Positions 47,201 through 57,900 of a stretch of 64,000 bases of DNA are shown here, in pieces. The DNA lies in IMG/VR virus record IMGVR_UViG_3300045988_010396, positions 37,395-101,394 of that record; one strand, given 5' to 3'. Source of the DNA: a virus. Made by a program: the position numbers and the translations under genes. Under the pieces are notes generated by a model. The model saw nothing but the letters and a program-made list of their open reading frames with translations, did no database searches and had not been told where the DNA came from. Every line of letters starts with the position of its first letter. Within the stretch, counting starts at the first letter, position 1.

Positions 47201-47769
47201 GGCTAGTATATGAGCCTAAATCCAAGCAATATACTTACATTAAGAATTATGTGTATCAGAATGGTATGCCAGTAGATAGTTTCATATTAGATGTAACTAC
47301 TGACAAGAATAAGGTTAAGCCTTTCATACTAAGGTCTACCAAAGAGGAGGTACACTATAGACCTGCTATATTGGTTGATGGACTCTTGTATGTTGCCAAT
47401 GGTAGTACATTTAATAGAAGCACTTCTGGAGCTATGGAGTATAGGCTTGTTAAAGGCAAGAACAATAAAAAGGTAAGTTTATCTGATATAGGAGTTCAAG
47501 ATGACAAGTCAAGTACTGTTATAGATGGTGAACCTATTGTTGATATTGACACTATGTCTGTTGATAATCTAGTGGATGAATTAGTTAAGAGTCAAGTTAA
47601 GACTGGTACTTTGATGGCTGAGGAAGCAGAAGAAGCTTCTAGAGGTATAAGAAGCAACATCTTACAGACTACTAAGGAAGATGCAAGAGAACAATTGATT
47701 GGGGCTTTACTCGAGGAGTATAGAAAACTTGGTGTATCATGTAAGTTAAATGGTGAAAAGATTTGTTAA
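41290..47769 (+). CDS. Giant protein 1 (2159 aa); possibly a virion-packaged multidomain protein
   Basis: Uninterrupted 6.5-kb ORF. Contains AGFDFDIDK, reminiscent of the DxDGD aspartate triad of double-psi beta-barrel RNA polymerases. Confidence 0.5.
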   Translation: MSKTTCYNPLKGVDDVIAAQVPSWNSHYVANLRGMYEEAKGKSTTDVNELLAFRRSLNDKDAKALTEAITNPIAAYDQLKEAFSTQERVDRVNMIANTFSDVVDAIQESNPSLSREDIIMGYTDQNGKFQGGPAFIYSEVYKTLKAEMDEYAENGYEEEVEKYRRVFKNWGALVTYTNTTLRDTEGLKIGTKLTFADSSTIADYDENTAVESFVAEEAPRESWQEVSESVSPFGSTSILVRRLLGRLSGYTSKNEEDYDDLGHLRRLPAVQVHQALMETLRGMQSESDMVAILKQNMNSKPYISSILEEFAKDPILRTQFFVDFSKVFQLYSMQNETRKGGITTYKNSVLNILSRKSAYRRYSVALATRTLKADNAVFRYEDEGTLVNEARAKQLADFIEKYLGTDQDIFSKFNEQGFSNQDRIDFYKAVLPVLGINLTESGYDVLVKDNKRVMSLNRTLKDLPAILRKAKDGMKFQDLIDLRIGQGASEGYLKEKIGKIFQVTESLDNSKKVLSRVRFQDNTYYSDIQSSYLGRFRDTIDALARKGNKAKLQSYLEEHFLRNDFFRNSDGKIYNKWLQDLYYSNLQDQKSFANMFTYKKFLGDDNQKFEDFTGKKQAITLINEYFAESKDYAWYPVFILGDSGASKWIRAKRYSSDQIITGLYNVYLQEKIFQREIKELKEGLKREGKSLGSLAKIDETKFGLLPFLNEKKYSDMIDMTNIEQSVKAAIKAHLRDAFNEYMIKLDRAGVLGKTQKGDYKYLSMLTKYITKDKQKLTGDDAVRANLMDYFYNSKFATVMQMQLMTVNPIFYKNGDSTDVQKRYKEIHASGNRVSVEAVNPFTGERFSDRDYQTTVYFDDVEVNPEDTNPEFMEVIAKVYGKDSEVYKTYRDKTSFTDGQGYRTLKSYRAVMGMAGKWNKKCEDAYNEIESIRADIRSQGGEITDEQAQRITSLMVTFQPIKPFTYTLERWKLGNSVFQIPVQMKYAETVMIPELMQKGSKLRDMLEWAEQKNVDVVAATTAVKVGSFGAVNVKDATNKDELNASLDNAIIHNLSYDDYVIQNNIPEHIQGSQLFATQSRKLIFAGLQQVDANGNTMYYDHYTDGNRVNLGNGMVRLNAYNLNRFYISLIAANMLEDFEEFSSTIKDPEKVRQALVQMTVNNSRETRDNLRGYGKGMEHDFLLALFEGGIEHDTAALLLSMFKKQVNKQKINGGSAVQVSAFGITGYTEDDNLRFVKDPNNDANILYAECEIPWDLSYTDSNGNKVELQFSDWCNADGTLKMGKNGVSLLETKFPGITSFIAYRIPTEDKYSMLNLRVKRFTQKVNGGGTIKVPAQGTTIAGFDFDIDKLYFMRREYKVKKSDKAGELGSQIIKALFGESEHTDIADVFDVHDFEEFDYSKPAWDKSQSRVARNNMLITLMQKRLEDPQTIKDRTTPGGFTHASAAAKYIRTLMGIDNLNYDYSDPWTMVVYNQQNQVAGKLIGIFANQNTNNAIASLMKEFSLVQPIAFGNHPNGLSNLLNPNTLTKELLAASVDAVKDPVLNFLNLNTITADSAGMLCRLGYSFEEIGLLMNQPIIRELCEYCMDNNMSDIDTAIDNLLQDYGARGNYADMSFSELTVDVLAKNITDFRDNPDIMHNSNYVFNQAQVLELFRSIYATAKEVGAFVTNTKFTASNAVKSTFGGMYAQQDRVIRYVNNLKSSKNPRLSIVVSDYVDSPITLGLDMSNIEEYMAQILNNPFGYEQVMYDANVQAVKELGKYYPYGKPTYTKIRNFMTDLTKSGLDETTIDQIHEYMLRYMIGLDEQSKFNPEYPINLDNGETVRAEDYYTKYVPLKVSNLLRTNKELKSLPIFSLLTFEEGNDGNVQMKIADSGALTPTQKDEVRDSWEVLLTNPELSQVAKDLYMYSYYQSGFGFGVIGFNHLAPLELKLQLDLNGETSYTSFLDNVLDDNIPVDEVRFAQMFLSTHRDNNRLVYEPKSKQYTYIKNYVYQNGMPVDSFILDVTTDKNKVKPFILRSTKEEVHYRPAILVDGLLYVANGSTFNRSTSGAMEYRLVKGKNNKKVSLSDIGVQDDKSSTVIDGEPIVDIDTMSVDNLVDELVKSQVKTGTLMAEEAEEASRGIRSNILQTTKEDAREQLIGALLEEYRKLGVSCKLNGEKIC

Positions 47770-50700
47770 GTATGGGAGAAAGTTGTGTATTTAAGCCAGC
47801 TGTCAGAAACAAAGAAGGTAAGGAAGTGAATAGTAGGTTGTTTGACGACCTACTTCACTTCTCTTCAAATGACAGAGAGTTTGCTAAAAAATATTATTTT
47901 ATAGGTACTAGTGATGAGTTCCTAAGAGCCAATGCTAGGCATGTAGAGTATGATGAGAATGGAGAGATTACATTCAAGTCACTTAAGAACCTAGTATCAC
48001 TGGATATACCTTCTGAGAAGATTATCAATCAGTTAAACAAAGACATAGGCTCTGGAGAGCATGAGTATGGAGAGGCAGTATCACTAATGACCAGCTTCAA
48101 CAATAATAGCCCATATAACGATGAGTATATGGCTACTATAAGTACAGTTGAAGGCGGTAAAGCAAATTTACAGGTTACTAGAAAGACTACAGCTAATCAG
48201 ACAGCTCTTGAAGAGACATTGACTAATAAGGGTTTGTTTGATAGAATAAAGCAAGCTGTTGAAAGATTAGGAGGAAGCATATCCTTTATAGATGAGGACT
48301 ACAGTAAGTATGATACTGTTAATGCCAGAAAAGCAGAGTCTGGCCTATACAATGTAATATTCCTCTCAAAGAAAGGCAATCTTACTGCTGATATGGCAGA
48401 GGAGGCAGGTCACTTTGCTGTGGGGGCACTTGGCAATAATCCCTTAGTAAAGAGATTGGAATCATTATGCACACCAGAAGTACAAGAAAGTATATTAAAA
48501 GACCACTATAGAGATGTACAAGGAAGAAAGAATCCTAGAAGAGAAACTGCTGGATATTTAGTTGGTCAATATATAATGAATGAAGTAGACCAAGAGTCTA
48601 CACTTGGCAGACTTGCAGGTAGGATAGTAAACTTAGCAAAAAGAATGTTCTACAGACTTACTCTTGATGATGTAAGTAGAATGAGAGAAGAAGCTAAGGC
48701 TATAGCTAAGAATATAGCCAGAGGATTTATGTCTGGGGATAATGCTGGCAGTATTGAGAATGCTTTAGAGAATAAGGAAATCCTGTACTCATCTGTAGAC
48801 TCTGTACAAGTTAGTGCCTTCAAGGATGTTATTCAGCAGCTAGACTTACTAGCTTCTGAAATGTCAGCAGTAGATAAGACATTATATAGGAAGTGGAAGG
48901 ATATTGAGGCTAACACTGCTATAGGCAGATTGTTTGAGAACCCGTCATTCTTTGCTGATATGGCTGCTATAGATGGTTTGTCTGTAGCATTAACACAATT
49001 GGCAGATAGTGTTCCTGAAATGATTGATATGCTAGACTCTGTTAATTACAATTCTGATGAAGTTCCTGCTAATGCCAAGAAGCTAAGACAAGTAAAGCTA
49101 TTTGTTCAAGAGTCTATTGCTATCATGGGCATCATAGATAATATGCTTGCCAGTGGTGAGGTACAACTGAAAGAAAATGTAAGAGATGCTTTGAATAGGG
49201 CATATAAGAACTTAAGCTCTCTTATTAAAGGAGCAGACAGACTAGAGGTAAATCTACTAAAGAAAGAAAAAAAGTTATATCTGTCTTTCTTAAAGGATAT
49301 ATATGGGGGTGAGTATGTTGAAAGAGCAGCCAGGGTTGTCTTTAACTTTAATAAGAGAGGGCTTGAAAGGGTGGCTGAAAGCAGGGAGTATCTATCAAAA
49401 GCTATTGAATCTCTTGATAGAGATGACAACTTTATGAATAGATATATAGCATCTATGGCTAATAGCAGTGATATAATCAATCAGTTAGCCTATAAAGCTA
49501 AAGCTTCTGCCAACAAGTTTGCTGATGATAATACCATTAAAGCATGGAATGATATAAGGGCTTTGGAACAGAGAGTCAAGAAGGCTAAGGTTGATACGAG
49601 GAAGTTGTTGGAAGTATCTGCTCGGGATGGTAAGTTAACTGGTAACTACATATCCAAGTATAATTGGGGTGATTGGGAGAATGACTGGTATGAGTTTAAG
49701 AACAAATGCAAGGAAAATTTCCTTAGTGACCCATCTATTGAGGGTAAGACTCAGATAGAAAGGGAATACTTATGGGATGTCTACTTTAGACCTTTAGCTA
49801 AAGACTGGCATAAGTCTCACTCTACATATGACCAAACTACTCAAAGACCTATGCCTAATGATGGCTATAGAAACCATAACTATGATAGATTAACAGATAC
49901 TGAGAAGGCAGCTCTAGATGATATATTGGAGTTGAAGGGGAGCCTTGATGACCTTCTAATCTATCAGTCTTATAATGGTGAAATGGTTGAGGCAGCTCAT
50001 ACTCATCTATATAGAATGCCTCAGTTCAGGGGAAGTACCCAGAATAGAATTGAAAACTTAAAGATGACTAACCCTCTTGGTAGAGCTGTAAGTGGTGCTA
50101 TAAGACAGAATCTAATCAATACTTTCACTATTACTAGTGAGGATAGGGATTATGGTAGTGCGATGACACATAATACTATAGATGAGGATGTATTCTCAGA
50201 TAGGCTTGATTTTGAGAAGGAGAAAGTAAAGAGAGTCCCTCTATATGGTATAAATAAGCTGAAAGATATGTCAGAGTTAAGTACTGATATATTTAATGGT
50301 TTATTACAATATGCAGCTATGGCTAATACTTATGTAGCTACATCTAGTGTTGTAGATATACTGGAGACAGGTGTGGATGTACTAGCTAATAGAAGAGTAA
50401 AAGGTCTAAAGAGGGAAGTAGAGAGGAAAAATAAGTCAAACGTATTTGAAAGATATTGTGATTTCCTTGATGCTCAGGTATATAACTTATATGCAAACAG
50501 TAAGTTAAAGTTTGGTCAGATAGCTCTTACTAAGGTGATAGGCTTCTTAGGAAGCTTGGCATCTAAGGTGTTCTTGGGTGGTAACGTGGCTGGTGGTATG
50601 GTCAATGTTATGACTGGCTTTAATGAAATCACTAAGGAAGCTATAGCAGGAGAAGTATATACACTGGCTGACCTTACTAAAGCTAATGCTTTATACTTTA

Positions 50701-51881
50701 AGCATCTACCAGAGAACTGGTTGGAGGCAGGTATGGGTGTGAAGAATAATAAAGTATCACTCTTTATGAAGAAGTTCAATGTTCAGAACAACCTAGATAC
50801 TGAAGTTAGAAACTGGAGTACAAGAGAGAGCAGGCTAACTAGACTTAACCCATTTGGTAATAATCTAATGTTGCCCTATAAGAGTGGGGACCACTATATG
50901 CAGGCTATGTCCTACTTGGCAGCAGCTAACCACTATAAGTTCTTGGATACTAATGGTGAGACTATATCATTATGGGATGCTCTAGAAGTGAAGAACATAG
51001 ATGATAGTAATCCCAAAGCTGGTAAGACGTTAGAGCTTAAAGAAGGAGTACTATACATAGACCCTAAAACTAATCAAACTAGAGAATGGAATCTTGATGA
51101 TGAAGTTAAATTCCAGAACCTATGTAGAGAAACCAACAATAGAATGCATGGTATCTACAATAGAATGGATAAGACAGCCTTCCATAATACTTGGTATGGT
51201 CAAGCTGCTTTAGCCATGAGAGGCTATGCACTTGGTCTATTGTATAGAAGATTCTCTTCTAATCAATATAGTGTGTCTTTAGGTAGAGAGTCCGAGGGAA
51301 GCTTAGTTACAGCATCAAAGGTATTTATTAACATGTTTGGAGGTACTAAGAACTTTATTCCATCCCTTAGGGCATTGGTATGCCCATTTGGTGATAGTGT
51401 AAAGAACTCATTACTTGAGATGGGCTTCTCAGTGGAGCAGTATAGGAATATGAGAAGAAACTGGGCTGACTTTGCTTTTATAGGTATGTTATGGATACTC
51501 AAGGCACTTACAGCTAAATCTGGGGATGATGACGACGATGATGACGATGATACAACATCTGGACTCATATACTACTTTGCAAGTAGGTTATACAAGGAGC
51601 AAAATGCCTACAATACTCCTTGGGGTATATGGGATGAGCAAAAGAGTGTGTTAGATTGGATGCCCAGTGGTGTATCAGTGGTAGGTCAAATACTTGATAT
51701 AAGTAGGCTTATGATTACTCAAGAGGAGTATAAGACTGGTTCAGCTACCCATGAGAAAGGAGATAAGAAATGGGAATATAAGATTGGCTCATATATACCT
51801 TACTACAGAAGTACAAGGGTATTAGAGCATCCTTATGAATCAGCTAAGTCATATGAATATGGTAGAGCTACTTATAAGTAA
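47763..51881 (+). CDS. Giant protein 2 (1372 aa) with a poly-Asp run
   Basis: Overlaps the giant 1 stop by 7 nt (operon). D9 run encoded at about 51528-51554. Confidence 0.5.
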   Translation: MLSMGESCVFKPAVRNKEGKEVNSRLFDDLLHFSSNDREFAKKYYFIGTSDEFLRANARHVEYDENGEITFKSLKNLVSLDIPSEKIINQLNKDIGSGEHEYGEAVSLMTSFNNNSPYNDEYMATISTVEGGKANLQVTRKTTANQTALEETLTNKGLFDRIKQAVERLGGSISFIDEDYSKYDTVNARKAESGLYNVIFLSKKGNLTADMAEEAGHFAVGALGNNPLVKRLESLCTPEVQESILKDHYRDVQGRKNPRRETAGYLVGQYIMNEVDQESTLGRLAGRIVNLAKRMFYRLTLDDVSRMREEAKAIAKNIARGFMSGDNAGSIENALENKEILYSSVDSVQVSAFKDVIQQLDLLASEMSAVDKTLYRKWKDIEANTAIGRLFENPSFFADMAAIDGLSVALTQLADSVPEMIDMLDSVNYNSDEVPANAKKLRQVKLFVQESIAIMGIIDNMLASGEVQLKENVRDALNRAYKNLSSLIKGADRLEVNLLKKEKKLYLSFLKDIYGGEYVERAARVVFNFNKRGLERVAESREYLSKAIESLDRDDNFMNRYIASMANSSDIINQLAYKAKASANKFADDNTIKAWNDIRALEQRVKKAKVDTRKLLEVSARDGKLTGNYISKYNWGDWENDWYEFKNKCKENFLSDPSIEGKTQIEREYLWDVYFRPLAKDWHKSHSTYDQTTQRPMPNDGYRNHNYDRLTDTEKAALDDILELKGSLDDLLIYQSYNGEMVEAAHTHLYRMPQFRGSTQNRIENLKMTNPLGRAVSGAIRQNLINTFTITSEDRDYGSAMTHNTIDEDVFSDRLDFEKEKVKRVPLYGINKLKDMSELSTDIFNGLLQYAAMANTYVATSSVVDILETGVDVLANRRVKGLKREVERKNKSNVFERYCDFLDAQVYNLYANSKLKFGQIALTKVIGFLGSLASKVFLGGNVAGGMVNVMTGFNEITKEAIAGEVYTLADLTKANALYFKHLPENWLEAGMGVKNNKVSLFMKKFNVQNNLDTEVRNWSTRESRLTRLNPFGNNLMLPYKSGDHYMQAMSYLAAANHYKFLDTNGETISLWDALEVKNIDDSNPKAGKTLELKEGVLYIDPKTNQTREWNLDDEVKFQNLCRETNNRMHGIYNRMDKTAFHNTWYGQAALAMRGYALGLLYRRFSSNQYSVSLGRESEGSLVTASKVFINMFGGTKNFIPSLRALVCPFGDSVKNSLLEMGFSVEQYRNMRRNWADFAFIGMLWILKALTAKSGDDDDDDDDDTTSGLIYYFASRLYKEQNAYNTPWGIWDEQKSVLDWMPSGVSVVGQILDISRLMITQEEYKTGSATHEKGDKKWEYKIGSYIPYYRSTRVLEHPYESAKSYEYGRATYK

Positions 51882-51898
51882 TTCCTATAAAAACAATA

Positions 51899-51936
51899 AA
51901 GGCAAGAGAGGTTATCCTCCCTTGCCTTTTTTTTTT
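51899..51936. terminator. Bidirectional rho-independent terminator between convergent giant genes
   Basis: Hairpin AAGGCAAGAGAGG-TTAT-CCTCCCTTGCCTT followed by T10; A-rich on the other side. Confidence 0.65.
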
Positions 51937-54900
51937 ATCCTAAGCAGTCAAGCTCATGTTGCTTCTCCTGTTCAGTCCAACTATTGAAAAACTCTTCAAT
52001 GTTTATTGTTTCTCTATACTTAGTTCTAAGTGCTTCTTGCTGTTCGGAGGATAAACTACTAAAGCTTATGCCTGTTGGGTTACTTTCTACCTTTATGGGC
52101 TTAGCTCCAGGTTTCTTAACTATAGGCTTTCTCTTAGTTTTAACCTTACCTATAGTAAGCTCACCATCCCTCTTTACTTGAGGCTCTGGCTTAGCTTCTG
52201 CGCTTTCAACCTTACTCTCTGTAGGAGTAATCTCTCCTACTAGTGCTTTCTCAGATGCAGATAACTTGTCATACTGTATTGATATAGGAGATTCAGGTAT
52301 CTGTCCTACTTCTCCTAGAACAGGATTAGCCTGCTTGTACTCTTTATCATTTAATAGTAACTGATTACCTTTGGCTACTGAGTAAGTATTATTGCTGTTA
52401 GGTGCAGGATATTCTACATGTATAGGTATGATATTTAATGATTTAACCTTAATCCCATATTTACCTTCCAAGAACTGCTTATATAAAGATAGCTGTCTTG
52501 AGTACTTAGCCGCTTTTTCTTCACTTATATTCTTGGCTCTGTGGGTCTTCATATCAAAGATATAGAAGTTGCCCTCCCTATCATAAGCCAGTAAGTCAAG
52601 TGTTCCAGCAACTGCTATCTCATGTACCCCTCCATTACTGTCAGTAACCTGTAGAGTACCTGTAGCTACTATATCTCTAGGTATAACTGTAAGACCTTGA
52701 GCAACAAGATAATTCTTGAATTTCTGTAACTGTTCAGCAAATCTACTAAGAGCCTCTTTTGAAGCATTGGGGTAAACCATCTCCACTGACTTACCATCAC
52801 TTAACCAACCTACTGGACTAGGGGTGATATACCCATTAAAGAAATCCCTTACAAATTCATCAACACCAGTACCTATATTAGTAGATGGTGTAACCCAGGG
52901 GCTGTTAGGGTCAAATCTCTCGCCAGCCTGCTCATCAGCTTGTATGATTGAAGTAACTCTGACATATGTTTTACCTGTTCTTGTGTTGACATAAGTAAGA
53001 CCATCTTCTGATAGTTGTACTACCCTAGAGTCTGCCATTATCTTTTCACTGACTTCTTGAGCTTTCTCCATAGCAGTAGTAACTTTATTTCTAACTTCTG
53101 TGCCTTGTTCAGTAAGGCCAGTATCAGTATCCACCTTCTCTCCTGATTGAGTAACAGCTGTTCCTGTATCTTGACTACTGGTAGAAGTAGAATTATCTGC
53201 ATTAACTACTACAGAAGTAGGATTAGCAGGTACAGGCTCTCTTAGAGCTACTGGGCTTGATACCTCAACTCCACTAATATCTCTCTCAAGTCTGTCAATT
53301 CCTACTCTCAAGATGTTGTCATATATAAGGTTAGTTACATTCTCCTCCTTATAATGCTTAGTATTAGGAGTATAGTAGCTGGGGTCTTTATCAACTTGCC
53401 AATTTACACCCTGCCTAAAAGAACCACTAGGCATAAGCAGATTAGACAGTATTACCGCCATATTCTTAGCAGTTACCTCTTTCTCTGTTACACTGTTCAC
53501 TATTCTTCCTAAGTTCTCATCACCTAAGTATAGGTCTAGTCCTAGACTTCCATCTACATTAGCAGGTCTTATAGAGTATTCAGCACTTGTTGAGTATATA
53601 TGTCTCCTCAACTTATTATTTATATTCTCTATTATGGATATAGCCTTACTTTCACCAGTGAAACTAGTACCATCAGAAGTTAATTCTGTTAGGTCATTAT
53701 TCTTAACCAGACTATTAAGTACTCTTATAAAGTCTCTAGTTCTGCTGTTAAAATAAACTATATCAGTAGCACTGCCTGTTGATAGCACCTCTGCAAGTGA
53801 TTTTCCATTTCTAGGGCTGGTAGTCTCATCCAGAGTCTTAGTCAAGACTGGTATCTCAGATACAGACTCATCTCCCTTCATAGTGGGCAACCTATAGTAT
53901 AATGTAGGTTTGCCATTCTTATCCTTTTTAGCAAAGAGTCTGCTTGCAACCTTTCTAACATATTTGTTATATGCTGCATTCCTTCTTATAGGGTCTTGGG
54001 TTGCATCCTCAATTATAGCTTTGTCTTCTGGAGAAAGGTCTTCACTTATAAGTGAAGCAAAGTCCCTGTCAGTTTCTCTTGATGTACTTATATTGAGAGG
54101 AGGGCTAGCCACTATTACACTTGAGGTTACTTTTTTGTTGCCTGCTGATATAATCTTATTAGGTTGCTCAATAGCAAGTTGTCTTATCTGCCCTGCTCTG
54201 CTATCTAGTTCAGTTCTTGGTAGTACCCCAATAGGCTGGTATCTCTTATTGCCAATCACTATAGGACCATCACCATCCTCAACTATAGCTAACACTGGCA
54301 GATGCTGCTCATCAGTATAAGCAGTAGAACCATTCTTCATACTCTCCTTGACTCCTGTAGTTACATCATCAAGAGCAGCATAGAATACTACTGACCTATT
54401 TCCTGACTTTCTGCTAAGCTTACCACTTCTAAGATACTCATCAACTCTCCATTCTCTAAACTTTCTACTTAGGAAGCTACTAAGATTACTGTTTATTCTA
54501 GCTAATGATATAGTGGGCTTCTGTTGTGGAACTTCTGTAGGTGAGGTAGTCTTTTCAGCTTCTTTCTTCCCCACTTTAATAGTATGACTTGCCTGTTGTA
54601 GTAGAGAACCAGACCTCTCATTTATATCACCCCCCTGAGTAGCACTACCTAACAGCCTTACTGCTTCTTTAGCTATAGCTTCCTGTAGCTCTTCTGTAGA
54701 GTTATAGTGCTTACTTCCTAGTTTGTTTATTGCACTTATAGCTGCTTGCTTTGCATCCTCATCATATATAGCACTGGCATTCCTGACCACATTTATGGCT
54801 TGCTCTGCTGCTGTAAGTACCTCTCCATCATTATTATTGATGAAGTCATCTGATAATACAGTAACACCTTCACCCCCAGTTTCACTAGGTTGAGTAGGTG

Positions 54901-57900
54901 TAGTAACAGTTTCAGGGGCTTTCTCAGCTTCCTTCGCAGCAGCTATCTGTCTACCAGACTCTTCAAGATTTGAAGTAGCATCATTAGATGCAAATATACC
55001 TGTTAGGGGTGCTGGCTTATCAGCAGCTACTGGCTTCTCTTCAGCCTCTTTTGTAATTTCCTCTTTTACTTCCTCATTCTTCTTGTAACTCTCCAAGGCT
55101 CTCTTATATGAGTTCACCACAGCACCTATATTCTCCAGAGAGATTTTCATATTATCTTTTAACTTCTGGTTGAAAGCTTCAATCCAAGTTACTAAGTTTG
55201 ACTTACCACTGTCATCTGCTGATGTAAGAGCAGCCACAGCATCATCATAGTTACTTATATCTATACCCCTCCTAGACAAGAACTTAGTCATTGCAGCTAC
55301 TAAGTCTTTATCTTGCTCTGAAATATCATTGAAAGCCTCATTCTTGATTAACTGGTTGTATATTCCCTCAGCAACCTCATCATCTTTCTTATATCTTTGG
55401 TATAGAGGATTGTCCTTTAGAGTCTGGTCAAGTACTGCTGCTTCATAATCATCAGCCTCATATAGAGCATTATCTACAGCTTCTGCAAATGCAGAGTAGT
55501 CTTGTATCTCATTGAGCTTCTTATAGGACTTCTCAGCACCTTCAAGCCTCTTGATTAGTCTTAATCTATTCTCTATATTAGATAATATGTTTGGATTTTT
55601 AAGAGCTGCATTATACTGACCTAAGAATGTCATCTGAGCATCATTTATCCTAGCAGCATCCTCTACTTTGTTCATAAAGTCAGATGTAGCTGCTGTACCC
55701 TTCTCCACTAGTCTTGCAATAACATCCTGCTGCTCTTGACTATACTTTCCCCTATTCTCTGGATTAAGCATTCTATACCTGTCAACAGGACTAAGTGACA
55801 TAATATCTGACTCACTCAATACAGGGGTAGCTCCTTCTTCAAGCCCCTTAGATAGTTTCTTGTAAGCTGCCATAGCTTTCTTCTTACTGTCCTGAAGGAC
55901 CTTTAGCTGTTTATTGAGGGTGGATAGTTCACTCTTTTGCTTATCTGATAATATTGACTTATTCTTCTCTAAGTTACTTATCTTAGTTTGATAAGTCTCA
56001 ATATCCTTATCAAATGCAGTGGGTTCTGATATAGAACCATACCTGGCTATATACTTCTTCTGCTCATCTGTTAATGTGGTTGCAACACCTCCACCATAAC
56101 TAGAGAGTAACTCATTTTCAAGCTGAGTAGCTCTTTCTCTCCAGTCACCCATACTGAGCTTACCATATATAAGAGCCTCCTTAGTTTCTTGTGGAATGCT
56201 ATTACCTAAGCTCTTCTCAAGGTCAGCAGTAGCCTCTTGAACTTTTTGCATAACATCGAGCATACTCTGGGCATCTTTCTTAATATCCTCAAGAGGTCTA
56301 TCATCATATTGGGCTATCTGCTGAGCCATTTTATCTCCCTCTTGAGCATTAAGTATATCTGTATATCTTTGAATATAAGCATCATATAATGGAGTGCCTT
56401 TCAATTGCTCAAGCATGAAGTAGTCCTGTACTTGCTTACCTAGTCTACTATTTCTATAGCTGAACTCATCACCCTCATCAGAAGCTTGTTGCATACTTCT
56501 AGCCCATCCTAATGAACCTCTTAAAGAAGTAAGTCTTTCTCTGTTATTGCCTTGAGCTAGCCACTCATTAAGTGCTTTAGCTGACTCTCTTCTATCTTGA
56601 TTCTCCTGCTTGTCGTTATAATAACTCTCTATGAATGGATTTCTCCAAAGGTTTCTAGCTATGGCACCTGCCTTACCTAAAGTACTCTTGCCTTCTAATG
56701 ATGCCCTATCACCTTTAGACAGCCAGGCATTGACATTAGGAGTACCCATAGCTTGACCTAATGCACCATATATACCAGATTGAATAGCATCCTTGCTTAT
56801 AGCTTTCCTACCTACTGCTGCAAATGCTGCACCTAAGTTATCAGACATGCTATCTACTATAGCATCATCTGCCACACCATCATATCTCTGTGCTATATAA
56901 TTAGCTAAGTCATTCTCAGCAGCACCTCTAGAGAAAGCATCAGATACATCTTGGCTATACTCTTCAAGACCTTCGCCAATCATTTCCTTAGCCATATTCC
57001 AAGCCATCTGCTTCTTTGTAAGTTCTCTAGCTACTACGTTACCAGCATCATCAAGAGAATATCTATTTCCTGCAAACAACTTTCCTACCTTACTTCTACT
57101 AAGTGCCTCTCTTGTTTTACCATTAAACATAGAAGCCTTTAGAGTCATATTAGCCGCTCCATTGATAAAGGAGTTAATAGTAAAGTTAGTTAGGGCTGCT
57201 TTATCTGCATTCTCTTCTGCTCTCTTTAGGGCATCCTCATACATTGGTTGAAACTCATCCCATACCTCTTGCCTTATTCTTTGTTCCGCAGCCTTATAGT
57301 CTCTGGAATAGGAAGTACCATCCTTGGTATCTTTAGTCAGTGGGGCAGTCTTCCACCACTCCTGCATTCTTTTCTGTACTTCTTCCTCCATTCTCTTGGC
57401 TTGCTCCTCTCCTATCATCTTCTTAGCATCCTCAAGATAGTCCTGCTTTGTATTAAGGGCATTCAAAGCACCCTCACCCTGACCTACCAATGCAGGGATT
57501 ACATAAGCATTATATCTCCTCTGCCAAGCACTTATATTTTGAAGGGCCTTATTGACATTACTAGCGGTCTCTGCTGTAGCAGCCAGTTTGCTACCCATAG
57601 TAGCATACTTCATAGTATTGAAGACCCTATTACCTATAGCAGAAAGACCACAACCTTCAAGCATCGAAGCAACTGTAAAACCAGACTGCTGCATTAGTTC
57701 TGGAATAGTATTTACACTAAAGATATTATCCCATAGGTTCTCCTGTTCCTCAGTAGTTCTTATAACCTCAAGCCTGTTGTATGCCTTCTCAGGGTCATTC
57801 TCTGTAAACAGAACTCCTTGCTTCATTACTTGGTCTCCATACCTAGTCCAAGAATTATCTAAGAACTGAGACCATAGGTTATCTAGATAACCCTCTTTCT